This document shows positions 41,343 through 56,455 of a DNA stretch of 64,000 nucleotides, piece by piece (the stretch's first letter is position 1; the number at the start of each line of letters is the position of its first letter). The notes below the pieces were generated by a model. The model made no database searches, had not been told where the DNA came from, and was given only the letters and a program-made list of their open reading frames with translations. The position numbers and the translations under genes were made by a program. This DNA comes from Ylistrum balloti (taxonomy: Eukaryota), in the NCBI RefSeq assembly GCF_031769215.1, contig NW_026782092.1, forward strand, positions 558,001 through 622,000, written 5' to 3'.

Positions 41343-44300
41343 TGACACTTATGTTAGGAAAGACTAAGTGTAAATGGTACAAGCATAAAACAATATCTTA
41401 CCAACATTGTAGATTTCAGCACTACCAAACCGAACCCCATTTGGATTAAGAACACCATCACTAAAACACAAAATTTCAATATTTCATTTTCAATCACAAT
41501 AACCCTACATGACATATTACATATCTTAATCATTCCAAAAGACAATTTCTAATCTCTTGCCACGAGTTTCTGCAAATTCTTTTTCCTTTTTACTAAGTAT
41601 CAACACATATAACACAGGTGTTAAAACAATAAAAGATTTTTACCTGGCTGATAAGGCAGAACAAATTTGATTTGAAACTTGAAAAAAATTCATGCGGGAC
41701 ACTACTTATAAAATAGTTTTTGATGTTCAAAATGTTCTTACCTACGCCCCAGCATGATGATACCTCCCGTCTCCTTGTTGATACTACAAAAGTCTCCATG
41801 GGCCCAAACATCTAGAGAGACAAATTTATCAATTAAACAGTGTTGTGTAATGATCTCTTCACGTTCTACATTTGCTAAAGGCTATTTCTCATACAAATCC
41901 TAGGTGTTTTGTCAATCAGAAACCACCGAGAGAAGAGAAAATTCATCAACAACACCATATAACATTTAGCCACAATAGCTACATTCAGAACGCATTGTGC
42001 TTGATTTCATCTATGGAGTTCCAAACTGTGACAGGATATTTTATACTTCTAATGAAATCACACAAGACTTGGATACCTAAATTGTTGGTTAAAGTTGTAA
42101 CAATATTCTAGCTATTTGATCTTGTTATCCCCACATTACGAGGCCGTTATAATTCAGTTAAATCCTGATTGTTCCTATAATAGTGTTGCCCAAGGTTCAA
42201 CCTCTTTTGTGCATCCTCCAAAATGTTTATCCAAAACCAGCAACATGATGATGCCTGGTAATAACCCAAAATTCATCAACTGGTGATCATTAGAATTACC
42301 AACATTTTATGGTGTTTCATTGGTCAGTAATAAGTCCAGATAATGTTTTCTCAACAAGTAAATACAATATTTTCCAGATATATCAGATTAGTTTTAAAAA
42401 GATCATATATTACTGCAAAAAAATTTTACCTCATGGTTCAAATTTGCAAGGTTTTCAAAAATTGAAATAAAGTTTTTTTTTAAAAAAATGGAATACTGCA
42501 AAATTACTATTTTTTTGGTGGAGGATTTATTTTCACTGATTTCATTGGTATTTTTAATCACAAACCCACATATACACAAACTGTTAAAATATATATTTAT
42601 AGAGTTATATTTATCAATGAAATCAAATGTCCATGAAGTAGCAATTTTAAAAAAAGCCATGAAAATTAGGGCACATGAAATATATACGATTTTACAGTAT
42701 CTTTTTCTTCACCAATTTTGTTTTCTAGATATCTCTGCACTTGAACAATGAAACAGAAAATTACAATATTTTCAGAGCAGAGGCTATGAATCTTTCAAAC
42801 TTTTATGAAACATTTCAGTGAGCACATCTGTGAACAGCCACTTCTTCTATCACCACAGTAAAGAAATTTTTGTGTGTTATAATTTCTCAATTGCTGAATA
42901 ACCTATGAAGAATATATACAGCCTCCAGCTTGTTATCCACTTACTTTTGTGTAGGCTGAAGTAGGCCTTCTGGTACTTCGTACCATCTGGATCATTCCAG
43001 AAGAAAACAGGCATGGACGGGAATGGGGTTCGGCACACCAGTTCTCCACTCTCATTGTAAACTGGCTTACCTGTAGGTTAAAAACACGGAAGAAATGAGG
43101 TTATGAAGCATCATACATATATTATAAATGACTTACTTTTAACACTAACCTCATGTAGGTGTTAGTTACAATTACTCATGATATTGTTAAGGCACTAATG
43201 GTACTGGGCTAAAATATCATTGTGCTAATTGCAGTTTCTATATGTCCTTAATCACTTAAATTTCGTGTGGGATTTATTTTTGTATCAATGCACAAAGAGA
43301 GCCAAACACGCATTCAAGTTATTTGTACAAAAATAACCTTGGACGGCATCATGTTGGTTTGGATACCGATACCAAGTCTTGAAGTGTTCTGGTCACTAAT
43401 AGCTAATCACTTGCAAATTTTATGTCATTTCAAAATCAGAGTTCCCAAAATCATGTATTCGCAAATATGTCTGAAAAGGTAAGATCAGGAAATATAATCT
43501 AAGTGATTTACAGTAAACAACTATTGCTTTAATTTGTTCAAAACTAATGTTGTACTAGAAGTTATGCTGACTCACCTGCGTCATCCCATGCCTCCATATC
43601 ACAGCCAAGTACAAAACCCTGGACTTCACCACGATAGACAGGCACAGTCCAGTTCTGTCCCATAAAACAGGCAATGATGTCTGTGCCCCCAGATATGGAC
43701 GCTAAGAGAAGATCTTTTTTAATATCTTTGTACACATAGTCATAACTCTGGGGCTTCAGTGGGGAGCCTGTCGACAGGATTGCCTTCAAGGATGTCAATT
43801 TGTGTGTGCAACCTACAAATAAAATGATCTTGCTGGTACAAAGTTCTTTTACAGTAATCTAATAATGATTTCTGATTTCTTATCTTTTTTCTGTTTTAAG
43901 CTTCCAATCAATTCATCAAAGTTTAATCCCTTGCCTAAAAAACCAAGATATCTAATACAATTTTGTTAAAGAACCTAGGAATGTTTTTGCAATTTTTCCA
44001 CCTGTCATCATTACTTCCACAGCCAGAGCACTTGTGAGGTGAAAGATGATATCAAGTATAAAGCATGTAACATATAGTCTCCGACATTTTGGGAATATTT
44101 GTATGCCTGGACGATATCTGCACACAAGATTACAGAGAAATCTCTACCAAAGAGGCTTCTGGAGAGAAGTAAAGACCAAACTGACCTGGTGTGAGACCCT
44201 TATCCTCCATGACAGCCAGCCACTTAGCACTACTACCAAGAAATGTCACCCTGTAGAACAAACACTTACAAATCAATATAAGATCAGTATAACATATTAA

Positions 44301-47300
44301 ATGTTAAAGACAATACCCTTTATTTTATGAAATAATCTTCTTAAATATGATTGTTTCTCAAAATATCCAATTTTTCAAAGCAAAATACACATCACTTGTT
44401 TCAAACATTTCAATCAAACTTTTTTCCCCCAGGTTTTGGGAACACCTGAACAGATATGCGTGTATACTGACTTCACACATTGTGTATTTCTGTTTGAGTT
44501 TGTATTACAAAGATTTTAGTTTAAGCATATTATGGTTCTTGACAGTACTTACTAATACAGAGTTACCTAATATGTAAACAATGATGGTGATCAATCCTCC
44601 ACTTTTCTAATGTTAAATCAGTCATTTTTGTGTGGGATTTACTTTCATTGATTGCATAGGTAATCTTAATTCATAAATAGAAACATGTATGTCCATGAAC
44701 TGCTAAAATAAGTAGAATTATTGAGCTATACTTATTCAAGAATTGTCCACAAGACGGTATTATTTCTGAAAACCCTGCAAATATATCATTTTACAGCCAA
44801 AGTTTAAGCACTAAGGTATACAGTGAACAACCTACCCCACTTCATCAACAATATCCCAGAGGATGTTAGCATGTGGCACTAATGGTGAGCCATCATATAA
44901 CACAATAGCTGCTCCTACAGCAAGTACAGACACCAGCCAGTTCCACATCATCCAGCCTACCTGTAGCACAGGTAAACATCACTAATTAGCAAATTAAAAG
45001 GTCAATAATTATGTAGCGTCACTGATGTATTCATTTTGATATTTTAATGGGTAATATTTATTGTTTCAAAAAAAAAAATTCTTTCTCATCACCTAGTTTT
45101 TGTATGATTTCTGCATTACAATAAGTTTTCAGCGATAACCTTTCGTAAAATAGGGCATTAAGTGGTTTAAAATCATTAAATATTGCACCTGTCTTATTTC
45201 TGTCAATTGATTCTGAAGAAATTGTTTTGATTAATTAACAAATTGTCAAGTGATTACCATATAAAGTCAAGCCTGTCTATACAGGCCTATCAAGGAAGCA
45301 GAAAAAAGACAGGTGACCTTTCTATAAATGTTTGACCATTCCTTTCTTAAGTGAGGGGGTTGTGGGAGAGGGGGAGGGGAAGAGCAGAAAATTTCTATCA
45401 AGCAGGTAACACACATACTGTTGAGTAGTAGAGCATGACGTCATCACGGGACATGTCACTTTGTATGATGTGTTCCTCCATGTGTTTTAGTAATGTTCCC
45501 TGAAATGACAGAATTAATACATACATAAATCTATCTCAAACATAAAGGGAAGTTAGTACTATACTGGCAGCTTAAATACAAACAGGTTAATAAGCATTGT
45601 CCCAACGTTCTACATCAAAATATTATTTTACACAAAATAATTCTTATAAATCAGATCCATTATAATCTGAAGTTTGAAGACAATCTGTGGTAAAGCTATC
45701 TTTAAGACAGGATGTGCTGAGCTCTCAAAGTATCAAACATGAGGTATAAGTATACTGTGTGTCTATCTGTAATTTGTACTCAATACACGCTCCTGGTCTG
45801 ACCTGTCCATGTGTGCATGTTTACATAATACTTGAGCGAGAGAGGAATGTAAGCTCATCAAGCACCCGTGACTACATGAGCATGAATCTCGAGATTACTT
45901 GTAGTCACATGCACAGCCACATTCCCTTAAAAGCCACAATCCTTTATCCATTCATGCACAGATTAGGCACAGAAGGGAGAGGAATCCTCTCCCGAGACCT
46001 ATCCATTTGTATCATAGAGAATTTGATAATTTTTTGTAAAACACTTAACTTTCATGTTTTTTTTTTATTTTTGTTGTATTCCTTAGTACTCTAAATCCAT
46101 GCATGTCCACAAACTATCAAAATTAGTACAAGTAGATTTAGTGTAGCTATATTTATCTACAAAATCAAGTGTCCAAGAAATCAGCTTTTTTTTTTTTTTT
46201 TGAAAAACTATGAAAATCAAGCCCCATGAAATATGATTTTATAGCACTTTATGTCTCATTTCTCAACACTCCTTTACATACCCCGACTGAGTGCACCATA
46301 CACTTGGGTACTCCAGTGGTGCCTGACGAATACATGATGAATAATGGATGGTTAAATGGGACTTGTTCAAAAGTTAGCTCTGGCACCTGGTCGTCAGATT
46401 TGTTCAGGAATTCTGATAACATACAACTACAACAAAGCAAAAACAAATAAATCAAACATGGCGATGTCTTCTAAAGGTCACATCGAGGAAACTTAAAATT
46501 CTTTCCCCTAAGGTTGAAATCCCCCTATTTCATCCCTAATATTCTATTAATGGGATAAAGAAAAAGGATGTTCCAGCACTTAATACAGATCGGAAAAGAT
46601 AATAAAATGGAAGATCTACTTGTTGGTGAGTTCAATAAGTTGTCAACATAAATGACACATTATGTATGAAGGTAAATAACCCTAGTTGCTATACCAAAGA
46701 CTCACCTGTTGGAAACCTCAGAAATATCACAGTCTGCATCAGGCACGAAGGGTACCACAACGACCTTTTCCAGATCTGGTAAACCTTGAACAACCTGTTG
46801 TAGTTTGTCTAGGTGACGATGTACCTTACCATTGTACCACACCGCATTCACACTGAAAATTATCTTTGGACGTATCTGTGAAAACCTGTCAAGAACTCCC
46901 TGAAAAAGTGAAAAAACTTTTCAGTTTAAATGTTGTGTTTGCTTCTAGTTGCCTCCTTTCAGCTGAGTTACAATATAAAGTTTAATTCTTTCAATTCATA
47001 ATCATTCCAAGTGAAGGCTTTTAGGGTTTTTCTATCTGTACCGTTTTTTAGCTACTGGTATATATAAATGAAATAGCAAAAAGATGTTTCATCAAATATC
47101 TTTATGAGTACAAATCTTTGATTACAGCATTCAAAACTTTGATTGTTGACATTAAATACTTGAATGGCACTTTAAAACCAAATGTTATTGATCTATTTTA
47201 TCATTCACCCCAACAGTATCATCTAGACAACCCTTAATTCCCATTGTTCTTTTTAATAAACAAAATTTTGTTTATAATTCTACTGAAGAACTATATATGT

Positions 47301-50300
47301 GCTTATTTACATACTGGGCTTATTGTCATGTAAACACTATTTTTAATAATCAGACCATACATGACTTATCTTCTAAAGGTTACCTGTACACCAAAGTCTG
47401 GGGAAGTGGAACTCCATACAGCCCCTATACTGGCTGTAGCTAACATAGCCTCGACAGCCTCTGTACAGTTGGGGATGTAACCTACAACACATTTATAAAG
47501 TAGTTTACGTCTGTTTCTAATCTTCATTTTTGTAAATACTAGCAACAATATATTGCTTTACTAGAGAAATCTCTGGAGTTTGATTGGTTGAGTCTCAGAG
47601 TAATAAACCAGAGGTCCTGGGTTGGAATCCTAGTGGAGGCACTGAAATAATCACATCTGTTACATTTATTCAAATATTCAATCTTAAAATACAATGGCAT
47701 TAAAAATAATTCCATCATGCACTAAGAAACTTCATGTTTCTTGACACTTTTCTTAAATAACACACACTTTGTGATTTTTTATGATAGATCAGTTCCTGAA
47801 TGTGTAGTATGTATTAAAACCCATTTAGCACAAGCAAGACTTTGTATATATCCTTATAAACATTTTGCCATCTGGTTTCTAGTGGTACCTCCTTATCTGG
47901 AACTTACTAATCTGGTCTACCATAAACAATGCCTGTCTTATCTGTGATGTGTTGTAATTATCTTGTCTTTACATCAACAACATCTGTACCCTTACCCACA
48001 ACACGGTCCCCTTTTTCCACACCAAGTCTTCTCAGGGCAGCAGCGTATACCGCGACTGACTCTCGCACTTCTCGGAAGGTTTTTGTTTTGATTTCTTCAT
48101 CTTTTTTCTTACTTTTTCTTCCTTCACCTGTGATAAATACAGAAATCAAAATGTCTCAGAAAATCTTGATACCATTTGAAGCAACACTTCTATATTCACT
48201 TCGTAAGATTTGAAGTGACATCACAAGGACTAAATCTAAAGGTCCTCAGGTTGTATTGCTGATAACTAGATATATCTGGATGACAAGAATGCCCTCGACA
48301 GGCATGATTATTGTTATTGGCTCTGGGAGGTGTACTCATGACTCATGAAGTTGAAGTCCTGCCTGCAGAACATATGGTTAAGAATCTCAAATAAAACTGA
48401 TAAATTCTGCCGACAGATTACTTTTTTGTAATTCCCACTGGAATTTGACAAGGCTCTAAAATATTGATCTTACAATTTTTGTGAAAATTTTCATAATGAT
48501 TCTTGAAACTTCAATTACAATAACCTTGGAAAACATCAATTATTGATAACTACATTAAATCTCTTTCTCCTTATCATACAATCATAAACCAAATCACAGT
48601 ACTTTATCTGTATTCGTTGAAAAGAAAATGAGTAGAAACAAAATTGTGAATGAACGATGGTAGTCATCCATGCAGTGGTGTAATTTCCTTTCTTTTAATC
48701 ATTTTTGCATTTCTCTTACAGGAACTCCTCTCTGATCTTTAAACTGTAAAAGCTTGGCAGGTGAACTATGATCACCTGTAGAATAGATGGCAGTCCTGTC
48801 ATCATTGTAACGCAGAAGATTTTCGGCAAAATTTAATCTCGCTCCTTCAAACCATTCCGGATTTTCTGAAATACCTTTACTTGTATCCACAACCTGTAAG
48901 AATTGCCATAGAAAACAACAATCTTCAAATTAATTGTCTTAATACCTTCTATCACATAACTGGCCTGTTGCATCATGCCATAAGGTCATGTCATATATAT
49001 AGTATGACACAATTAATAACTCTTTTATGATGTCACCAACAAGTCACATCTTGACACTGTCACATGATTGTCTTGGTAATGAAAAAATACATCAAAGAAA
49101 ATCTGTCTCACACAGGAAATTAATTTGAAAGATTTTGATTAGTTTTCAGAAATATGATAAACAGAATCTTACACTCATGCCAATGTAGAACGAAATTTAT
49201 TACACTCATTAGAAAATTTCATATATCACAAGCCTTATGAGAGTGACATATCAAATTACTGAACTTGTTCAATAATGCCTTATGATATCTAACCTCATGC
49301 AGTTCCTCTATTTTCCTGATGAAGAACATTCTGATTTCATGAGACTCATATTTCATTTTTCCTCTTTTTTTCCCCGTTTTTTATTTGCACTAATTTCAGC
49401 ATTAAATGGTATCCATGATCCCTATATAATAATCATTCAGAGGACATATGACTTTGTGGAATAATAATACCCAAATATCAACAGAATAAAAAAACCTTAC
49501 AGTACCCATTATGATACAGGACATTCGTATCTATTTTTTTTTTGTTTCGACATATTTGTAACACTTACAATAAACAATTACAGAGGTAGGTTTTAAAATC
49601 GATATCAAACTCATGTACCTACCTTGTTATAAGGCTTTGAATGGATAATATCTGTAAAATTCCAAACTTCTTCCCAGAATTCAGCATAATGGTCACATGA
49701 CCATCGATGAAAAGCACTGTATGTCTCTGTTAAGATAAAACAACAAGAGTGAAATCTTTCTCATTCAGGTCTGCATGCATGGAGTCCAATTATTTTGGTG
49801 TTAGAATGTGCTTAATTTGATTACATTGATTAAGGTAACAGAAAGATCATTTTAGCCTTCAAAAACAGTGGGTGTCTCTAACTTTCCTCATGGTCCTCTA
49901 TTTTGAAAATCAATCAAATTTATATGGCAACAAATCCATGTCTGGTAATAAGCCCATCCATCTGTTCAGTAAAATTTCAAACAAGTCCCAGCTATTTCCT
50001 ACCCATTTATAAGCCCATCCCATGAAAGCTAAAGCAAAGCTACTAGTTACTTGAAAAGTCTTGAGGTGGCTTCAGGAGAAAAAACTGAAAAACTCTCCTC
50101 GAAAGATTACAAAGGAAGGACATCCAACTTCAAAACCAGTACAACACACCATTATGTGACTTTGGGATTTGTTTGATGTACATCCAACAATCAAATTTCT
50201 CGTCTTATCCACAATTTTGCTATGAAATGTTCCAGAGGTGTAGAGAATGATACTGTCAATAGAGAGTGTAACTCCTCGAGTATCGAGGATGAACATCTAT

Positions 50301-53300
50301 AAGCCAGAATATTCAGGGGGAGGGCTATTTTTACTATTGCATGGGCAGGGCTCTCACACCCCATTTTGGGACTGGGGCCTGGGGCCCTTAGAATTGGGAA
50401 AAATAGCAGCATTTTCCTTAGAATTGGGAAAACTTGGGGTCTAAATTGGAAAAAAGATACTATTTTGCATTGGGAATGGGACCGAATATCGGCCCAAAAT
50501 CTGGCCGATTGAGAGCCCTGATGGGTACCAAAACATTAACAGGTCAGGTTAATGTTGTTCCGTACAGTAGCTAAAATTGACTTGTACATGTGGTTGAGAA
50601 GATGCATTGATTTATTATTGATAAGTTTCCTCTCTTATTCAGCAGGTAATGTACACATGATCAAACAAAACTTGAAAAATTGCATCAGATTTTGGTGAAA
50701 ACAAAAAACACATCTTACAAGAAAAAAGAACCCAAAAATGTTTCCACATCAATTAACCTGATACCTACATGTATGTTCTCTTTTGTTTTTTCATTAAGTC
50801 TTGACCTGAAAAACACATCAGTGATATTGCTTGGCCTTTTAAACTATTGCCGCCATGTTATTGCCAGTGATATTTCTTTGTAAACACGAAGTAACACTAT
50901 TTGCATTACATGCTCTGTTTTTTGAACTCATAACAGCTTGCCAGAGCTAACATAATTTACAACATGACACTAAATACATCTCCTCATATCATATTTCTTG
51001 TTCCACTAGTATGAGGTAACCAAATTTTCTCATTTCAGACTGTCACTTTAAACACAAATTAAACTTCATTATTATTTACAAGTTCAAAAGTCCAATAAAT
51101 CCTCCAGAAATGTTACATTAATGTATTATTTCATCAAAATGAAATCAGGTGAATAAGGTCGTAATTGAATCCATGGATTTCTACCTCTATATAGAACTAG
51201 TGAAATTTCTATTTCTAATTTTAAGTTTCTGGCCATTTAAATATAAAATGTTTTGTCTGTATATGACGTGTGGTGATCAGACTCAATGAGACATCACCTT
51301 TATAAATATCCATTTAATAATTTTTTCAATCTTTAACTTCAAATTTTTAAATTTTGAATGTGAAAGTAATTAAAAAAATCACTTGAAGATTGAACCTATT
51401 TATCAAGCAAAACACTCATCCCTGATATAATAAGCTGATGTTTTTCATAAGCTGTCCAGAAGAATTACCAACAGTAACATTGCCAAGAGTAATTTACCAA
51501 TACTCTGAATTTGAGACTAGGAGAGAATGTATTGGTTCTCCTGCAGAATCTGTTCAGTTTACTGCAAAAACAAATATGTTCTTGGCAAATCAATTACCTT
51601 AAGCTTTGAATATATGCACCAGCCTGGAGATGTCAATACAATATAATGTAATTATGAGAGTACAGATGTGTCTACTATTGGCACAAACCCCTCTTAATAA
51701 TCAAATACCACAAAAACAAATATGCATGAGCATCGATAAACCAAACATTGCATTAATTATTCCTGTTGTTTAAATTACTTTTAATGAATTTGTTTTGTGG
51801 AAAAATGAACTATATTTTTCTAACATTTGGAGAACTGTTTTAATAAAATATTTGTAAAATGACTAGGAACATCAGTTGTTCTAGCTACAGACAATGAACT
51901 GTTTATCGTTCATAAAAACGTTTTGTTTGTGTTTGCATCTCATGCCTTTAGAGTCATATAAGTTCTGAGTAGTCGACTGTATCTTGTTTGCATTTATGTT
52001 TGGGATTGTTTTCCATTTGAGTCTACTTTTACGTCCATTTGCATTTAGGATAGTTTTCTGTTTGCATTTACCTCTGTTTGCATTTGTGTATGGCATCTGG
52101 AATATCAGAATGAATGCACATAAATAACTTAATATTGAACTGTATGCCGATGTCACTTTTAGCTTTTCTGTATATATAGAGAGCACATGCAAATTGAGAT
52201 TGAATTAATGTCTGCATAAATTCACACATAAATTTTCTAGCAGGGAAAAACAATAAACATTATTCACCAAATGATACACAATATTACGAATCAAAATCAT
52301 ATCAATCCGTGGAGTAAAACATCAGAACGCAGTTTATTATTTTAATCATTTTAACGTATTTAAAATTTTGAATTTGATAATGAAATTCATGTTCATTTTG
52401 TGTTTTTAAGTCATTTGATACACTGTATATATATTGTTCTTGTAATAAAAAATGCCTTACTAAAATCCCATTTTAATTATCTGAAAAACCTTTACTAACT
52501 TTTGAGTATAAAAGCTGCATGCAGTTGTATTTTGTATCGTTACTGTATCGTTTTTAGCGAGATTTCAGACAAATGACCTTAGATTTTCTGCCAAGTAGTC
52601 TTGAATAAAAGAAGCAGTAATAGATTACTGTCAAAGAGGTTAACTAGATATTCTTTAATCAAAGAAGGTGTTGACATCAATGAAAATCAAGTTTTAGACT
52701 CCTTATTCCTTATTTATGTAAACTGATTATTGTTTCTAAATCCGTTGCACTGCAATAACAATTTTAACAAACAGGGATTAATTACTCGCCAGTGTAGTTC
52801 TGCGTTATAGAATATTTGTGATGGAAATTATCCTGTGCTCACATAGCTTAGCCATTTATTAAATCAAACACCTGCATTGTTCATATTTTGTTAGCATATC
52901 ATTACAGAAAAGGCAACAAACAAGTATCTGATTTCTTTGTACAATACAATAATACATATATTGCACTGACACTTGTGTCAGATCTTCTACATTAAGTATA
53001 GTGAATGTTGCTCTGTAACTTTCTTTCCAAATTAAGGAACGTATACCAAGCACGAACATCCGACTTTGCCCTACTTCTCACAGCTAGACAATATAACGTA
53101 ACCATAATGTTGTCAGAACCACTTCATAGCTTGTAAACTGATTAGAATCTTTTATAGTAAGAATAACAATTAGTCAAGATTATTTTTAAAAACTCAACAA
53201 GAACTAAAATTCTTTTAATTTGAATGACGCATGCTGACAAGTTATTACAATAACAATACATTTGTTTCTATTTTGATCGCTTCCTGGTTCTATTTAGAGG

Positions 53301-53564
53301 ATTGTCTGCTACAGTACTTGTAAACATGTTTTGGAAGTTTGTCATGACAGGAGCCGAAACACAAGTACCATGCACGTGAGAAGGGAGATCACTCCGAAGA
53401 AAAATATGTACTACGTTAAATAAATAATCTTAGATATGGCATCACTTACGTAAGTCCACATTGTACTTGGAATTTATATTTTTCCGAAGCTTATCCATCT
53501 TCGTTTGTTTCGTTCCATCGGGTTGCCACATTACTTTGGGCTTTGATTCTTGAACGAAATCCAT
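39440..53564 (-). CDS. AACS: Acetoacetyl-CoA synthetase, 16 coding exons, 670 aa
   Basis: Exons (GT-AG, phase-consistent, total 2013 nt): 53564-53450, 49726-49623, 48893-48776, 48127-47996, 47481-47384, 46899-46706, 46426-46282, 45499-45419, 44960-44836, 44250-44186, 43812-43576, 43070-42945, 41811-41742, 41460-41402, 40553-40348, 39577-39440. AMP-binding motif [14 protein letters not shown] hallmarks: [70 protein letters not shown]-terminal ELQGF. Confidence 0.96.
41312..41340. repeat. (TAT)n microsatellite in an AACS intron
   Basis: Directly visible trinucleotide run, about 10 units. Confidence 0.9.
47574..47642 (+). mobile_element. Degenerate tRNA-derived SINE-like relic in an AACS intron
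   Basis: tggagtttgattggttgagt...gaggtcctgggttggaatcctagt resembles a tRNA head with a B box-like GGTTGGAATCC. Confidence 0.4.
50346..50520. mobile_element. 175-bp MITE with 11-bp terminal inverted repeats in AACS intron 1
   Basis: CAGGGCTCTCA ... TGAGAGCCCTG, flanked on both sides by ATGGG. Internal direct repeat ccttagaattgggaaaa occurs twice. Confidence 0.8.
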
Positions 53565-54976
53565 TTTTTAGGAGAGTTTTCAGACACGTCCGACTACAAC
53601 GTGGTCTAAGCGTGTTTTGACAGCTCATGTACAGGAAAATGGTGCGCAGCGAACACATAACAATTGATAAAACATATTAGAAATTTCTTTGTTTATATTG
53701 TCTTATGACTTAATATTATAATATAAACATATAATTATAGTACAACGTTTTATTGTAGTGGGTCTTCGTTGGTTAAATCATACCGATATAATGGTTTTTG
53801 AATAGGACTATTTTGTATATCGAAGGTCAAAAGGTGAGCGGTATAATATTAAAATTTGTGTTTTGATTGGTAGATTCGTCACAGCCCACTTTTTTTTGTT
53901 TGTGATCTTTGTAATTTTGACATTTTCACGCGCTGCTTAAAGAATGATTAAACTATGTGAAAACGCTCAATACACGTAGAAAATTATACTGTGCATGTCT
54001 GGACAGAATGTATAGACTGATGTGTTATTATAAAAACTGAAATATATGGTAATAAATGAAATCTTAATCCTACCTACAAAAAGTATCGATGAAAAGAAAG
54101 CAAAAATTACCGATAGAATTAACATGGATATTCTTTAGGAAAAAAAACAAACAAAATTAAAAAGAAAAAAAGAATAAGACGATGTGCAGATGGTCCATTA
54201 GTCCGACGCCCATCGACTCCAGACCGATATATATATAAAAAATTAAATCGATAGAACGTCAGAATAATTCGGACAAGTGCCCCAGTGGGATAAGCTTGCG
54301 TCTTCTACCTCCTGTTACACACTTATGGTGTGTCTGGAGTGATTAATAAAACTTGTAAACTTGCCTCAGGGAGGAGGACGACACCAATCCATGAAATCAA
54401 CCAATGTTACGTCACTTTCCAAAATGCACAATAATGAGGTTTGCAATAACGGAACCACCAGGCGTACTCATGAAGAACTACCTAGGCCTACTTCATATTG
54501 GTAAACGGAATATGGTGTAATTGTGACGACCATTATCAAACTAACACACTGTAATACATATTATATGGACCATGGGACTCAAAATCGTGTCCGATCCCTG
54601 TGCATTTTGCGAAAAATATCAATATTTATACACAATGTAATCAGCGCAAAAATAAATAAATATAAAAAATGTAGAGAATTTTTCATTTCTTTAACTGTTG
54701 AATAAGGAATGAAATAGAAAATCACGTGCCTCCCCTTTTCTTCAACATGTCATTCTTTTCACCCCTTGGGATGTAAATTTGTTTGAAAACCTCTTTTTTC
54801 TTCATTTTTTACGATTTCACGATCGCACTATCCATTTCTGAAAAGCCTAAATTTGACATGAGGATTCTTCCTGGCGCTGATAATCCTGGGCTTTCACAAT
54901 AAATTTTCTTCGGTTTCTCAACCTGAACAGTGTTTGGAGAGCATTTCTCAAACTTCTGCGACGCCTCTTCTCCCTC

Positions 54977-56455
54977 CCGTGAAACACATACTGTCCTTTA
55001 TATAACCCCGAATACATACAATGTAGTAACCAGAGCCCGAGAGTGTGACATTTCCTCTCCTTCCCATAGAACACATAGCTACCACAGGGGACTGTCACAT
55101 CTTCCTCCTCCCGTAAAATAGATACTGTCCTTTATATAACCCCGAATACATACAATGTAGTTACCACTGCCTGAGAGTGACATTTCCTCTCCTTCCCATA
55201 GAACACATAGCTACCACAGGGGACTGTCACATCTTCCTCCTCCCGTAAAATAGATACTGTCCTTTATATAACCCCGAATACATACAATGTAGTTACCACT
55301 GCCTGAGAGTGACATTTCCTCTCCTTCCCATAGAACACATAGCTACCACAGGGGACTGTCACATCTTCCTCCTCCCATAAAATACATACTGTCCTTTATA
55401 TAACACCGTATACATACAATGTAGTTACCACTGCCTGAGAGTGTGACATTTCCTCTCCTTCCCATAGAACACATAGCTACCACAGGGGACTGTGGCATCT
55501 TCCTCCTGCCGTAAAATACATACTGTCCTTTATATAACACCGTATACATACAATGTAGTTACCAGAGCCTGAGAGTGTGACATTTCCTCTCCTTCCCATA
55601 GAACACATAGCTACCACAGGGGACTGTCACATCTTCCTCCTCCCGTAAAATAGATACTGTCCTTTATATAACCCCGAATACATACAATGTAGTTACCACT
55701 GCCTGAGAGTGACATTTCCTCTCCTTCCCATAGAACACATAGCTACCACAGGGGACTGTCACATCTTCCTCCTTCCGTAAAATAGATTCTGTCCTTTATA
55801 TAACACCGAATACATACAATGTAGTTACCAGAGCCCGAGAGTGTGACATTTCCTCTCCTTCCCATAGAACACATAGCTACCACAGGGTACTGTGGCATCT
55901 TCCTCCTGCCGTAAAATACATACTGTCCTTTATATAACACCGTATACATACAATGTAGTTACCAGAGCCCGAGAGTGTGACATTTCCTCTCCTTCCCATA
56001 GAACACATAGCTATCACAGGGGACTGTCACATCTTCCTCCTCCCGTAAAATAGATACTGTCCTTTATATAACCCCGAATACATACAATGTAGTTACCACT
56101 GCCTGAGAGTGACATTTCCTCTCCTTCCCATAGAACACATAGCTACCACAGGGGACTGTGGCATATTCCTCCTTCCGTAAAATAGATTCTGTCCTTTATA
56201 TAACACCGAATACATACAATGTAGTTACCAGAGCCCGAGAGTGTGACATTTCCTCTCCTTCCCATAGAACACATAGCTACCACAGGGGACTGTCACATCT
56301 TCCTCCTTCCGTAAAATAGATTCTGTCCTTTATATAACACCGAATACATACAATGTAGTTACCACTGCCTGAGAGTGTGACATTTCCTCTCCTTCCCATA
56401 GAACACATAGCTACCACAGGGTACTGTGGCATCTTCCTCCTGCCGTAAAATACAT
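54977..56455. repeat. 132/134-bp minisatellite, 11 full units
   Basis: Unit starts at 54977, 55111, 55243, 55375, 55509, 55643, 55775, 55909, 56043, 56175, 56309 and a partial one at 56443. Confidence 0.97.

Noticed and set aside
51881-52192. 103-aa minus-strand ORF in AACS intron 1 with recurring aaatgcaaa
   Set aside because: Low-complexity sequence with no homology. The true AACS exon 1 is at 53564-53450.
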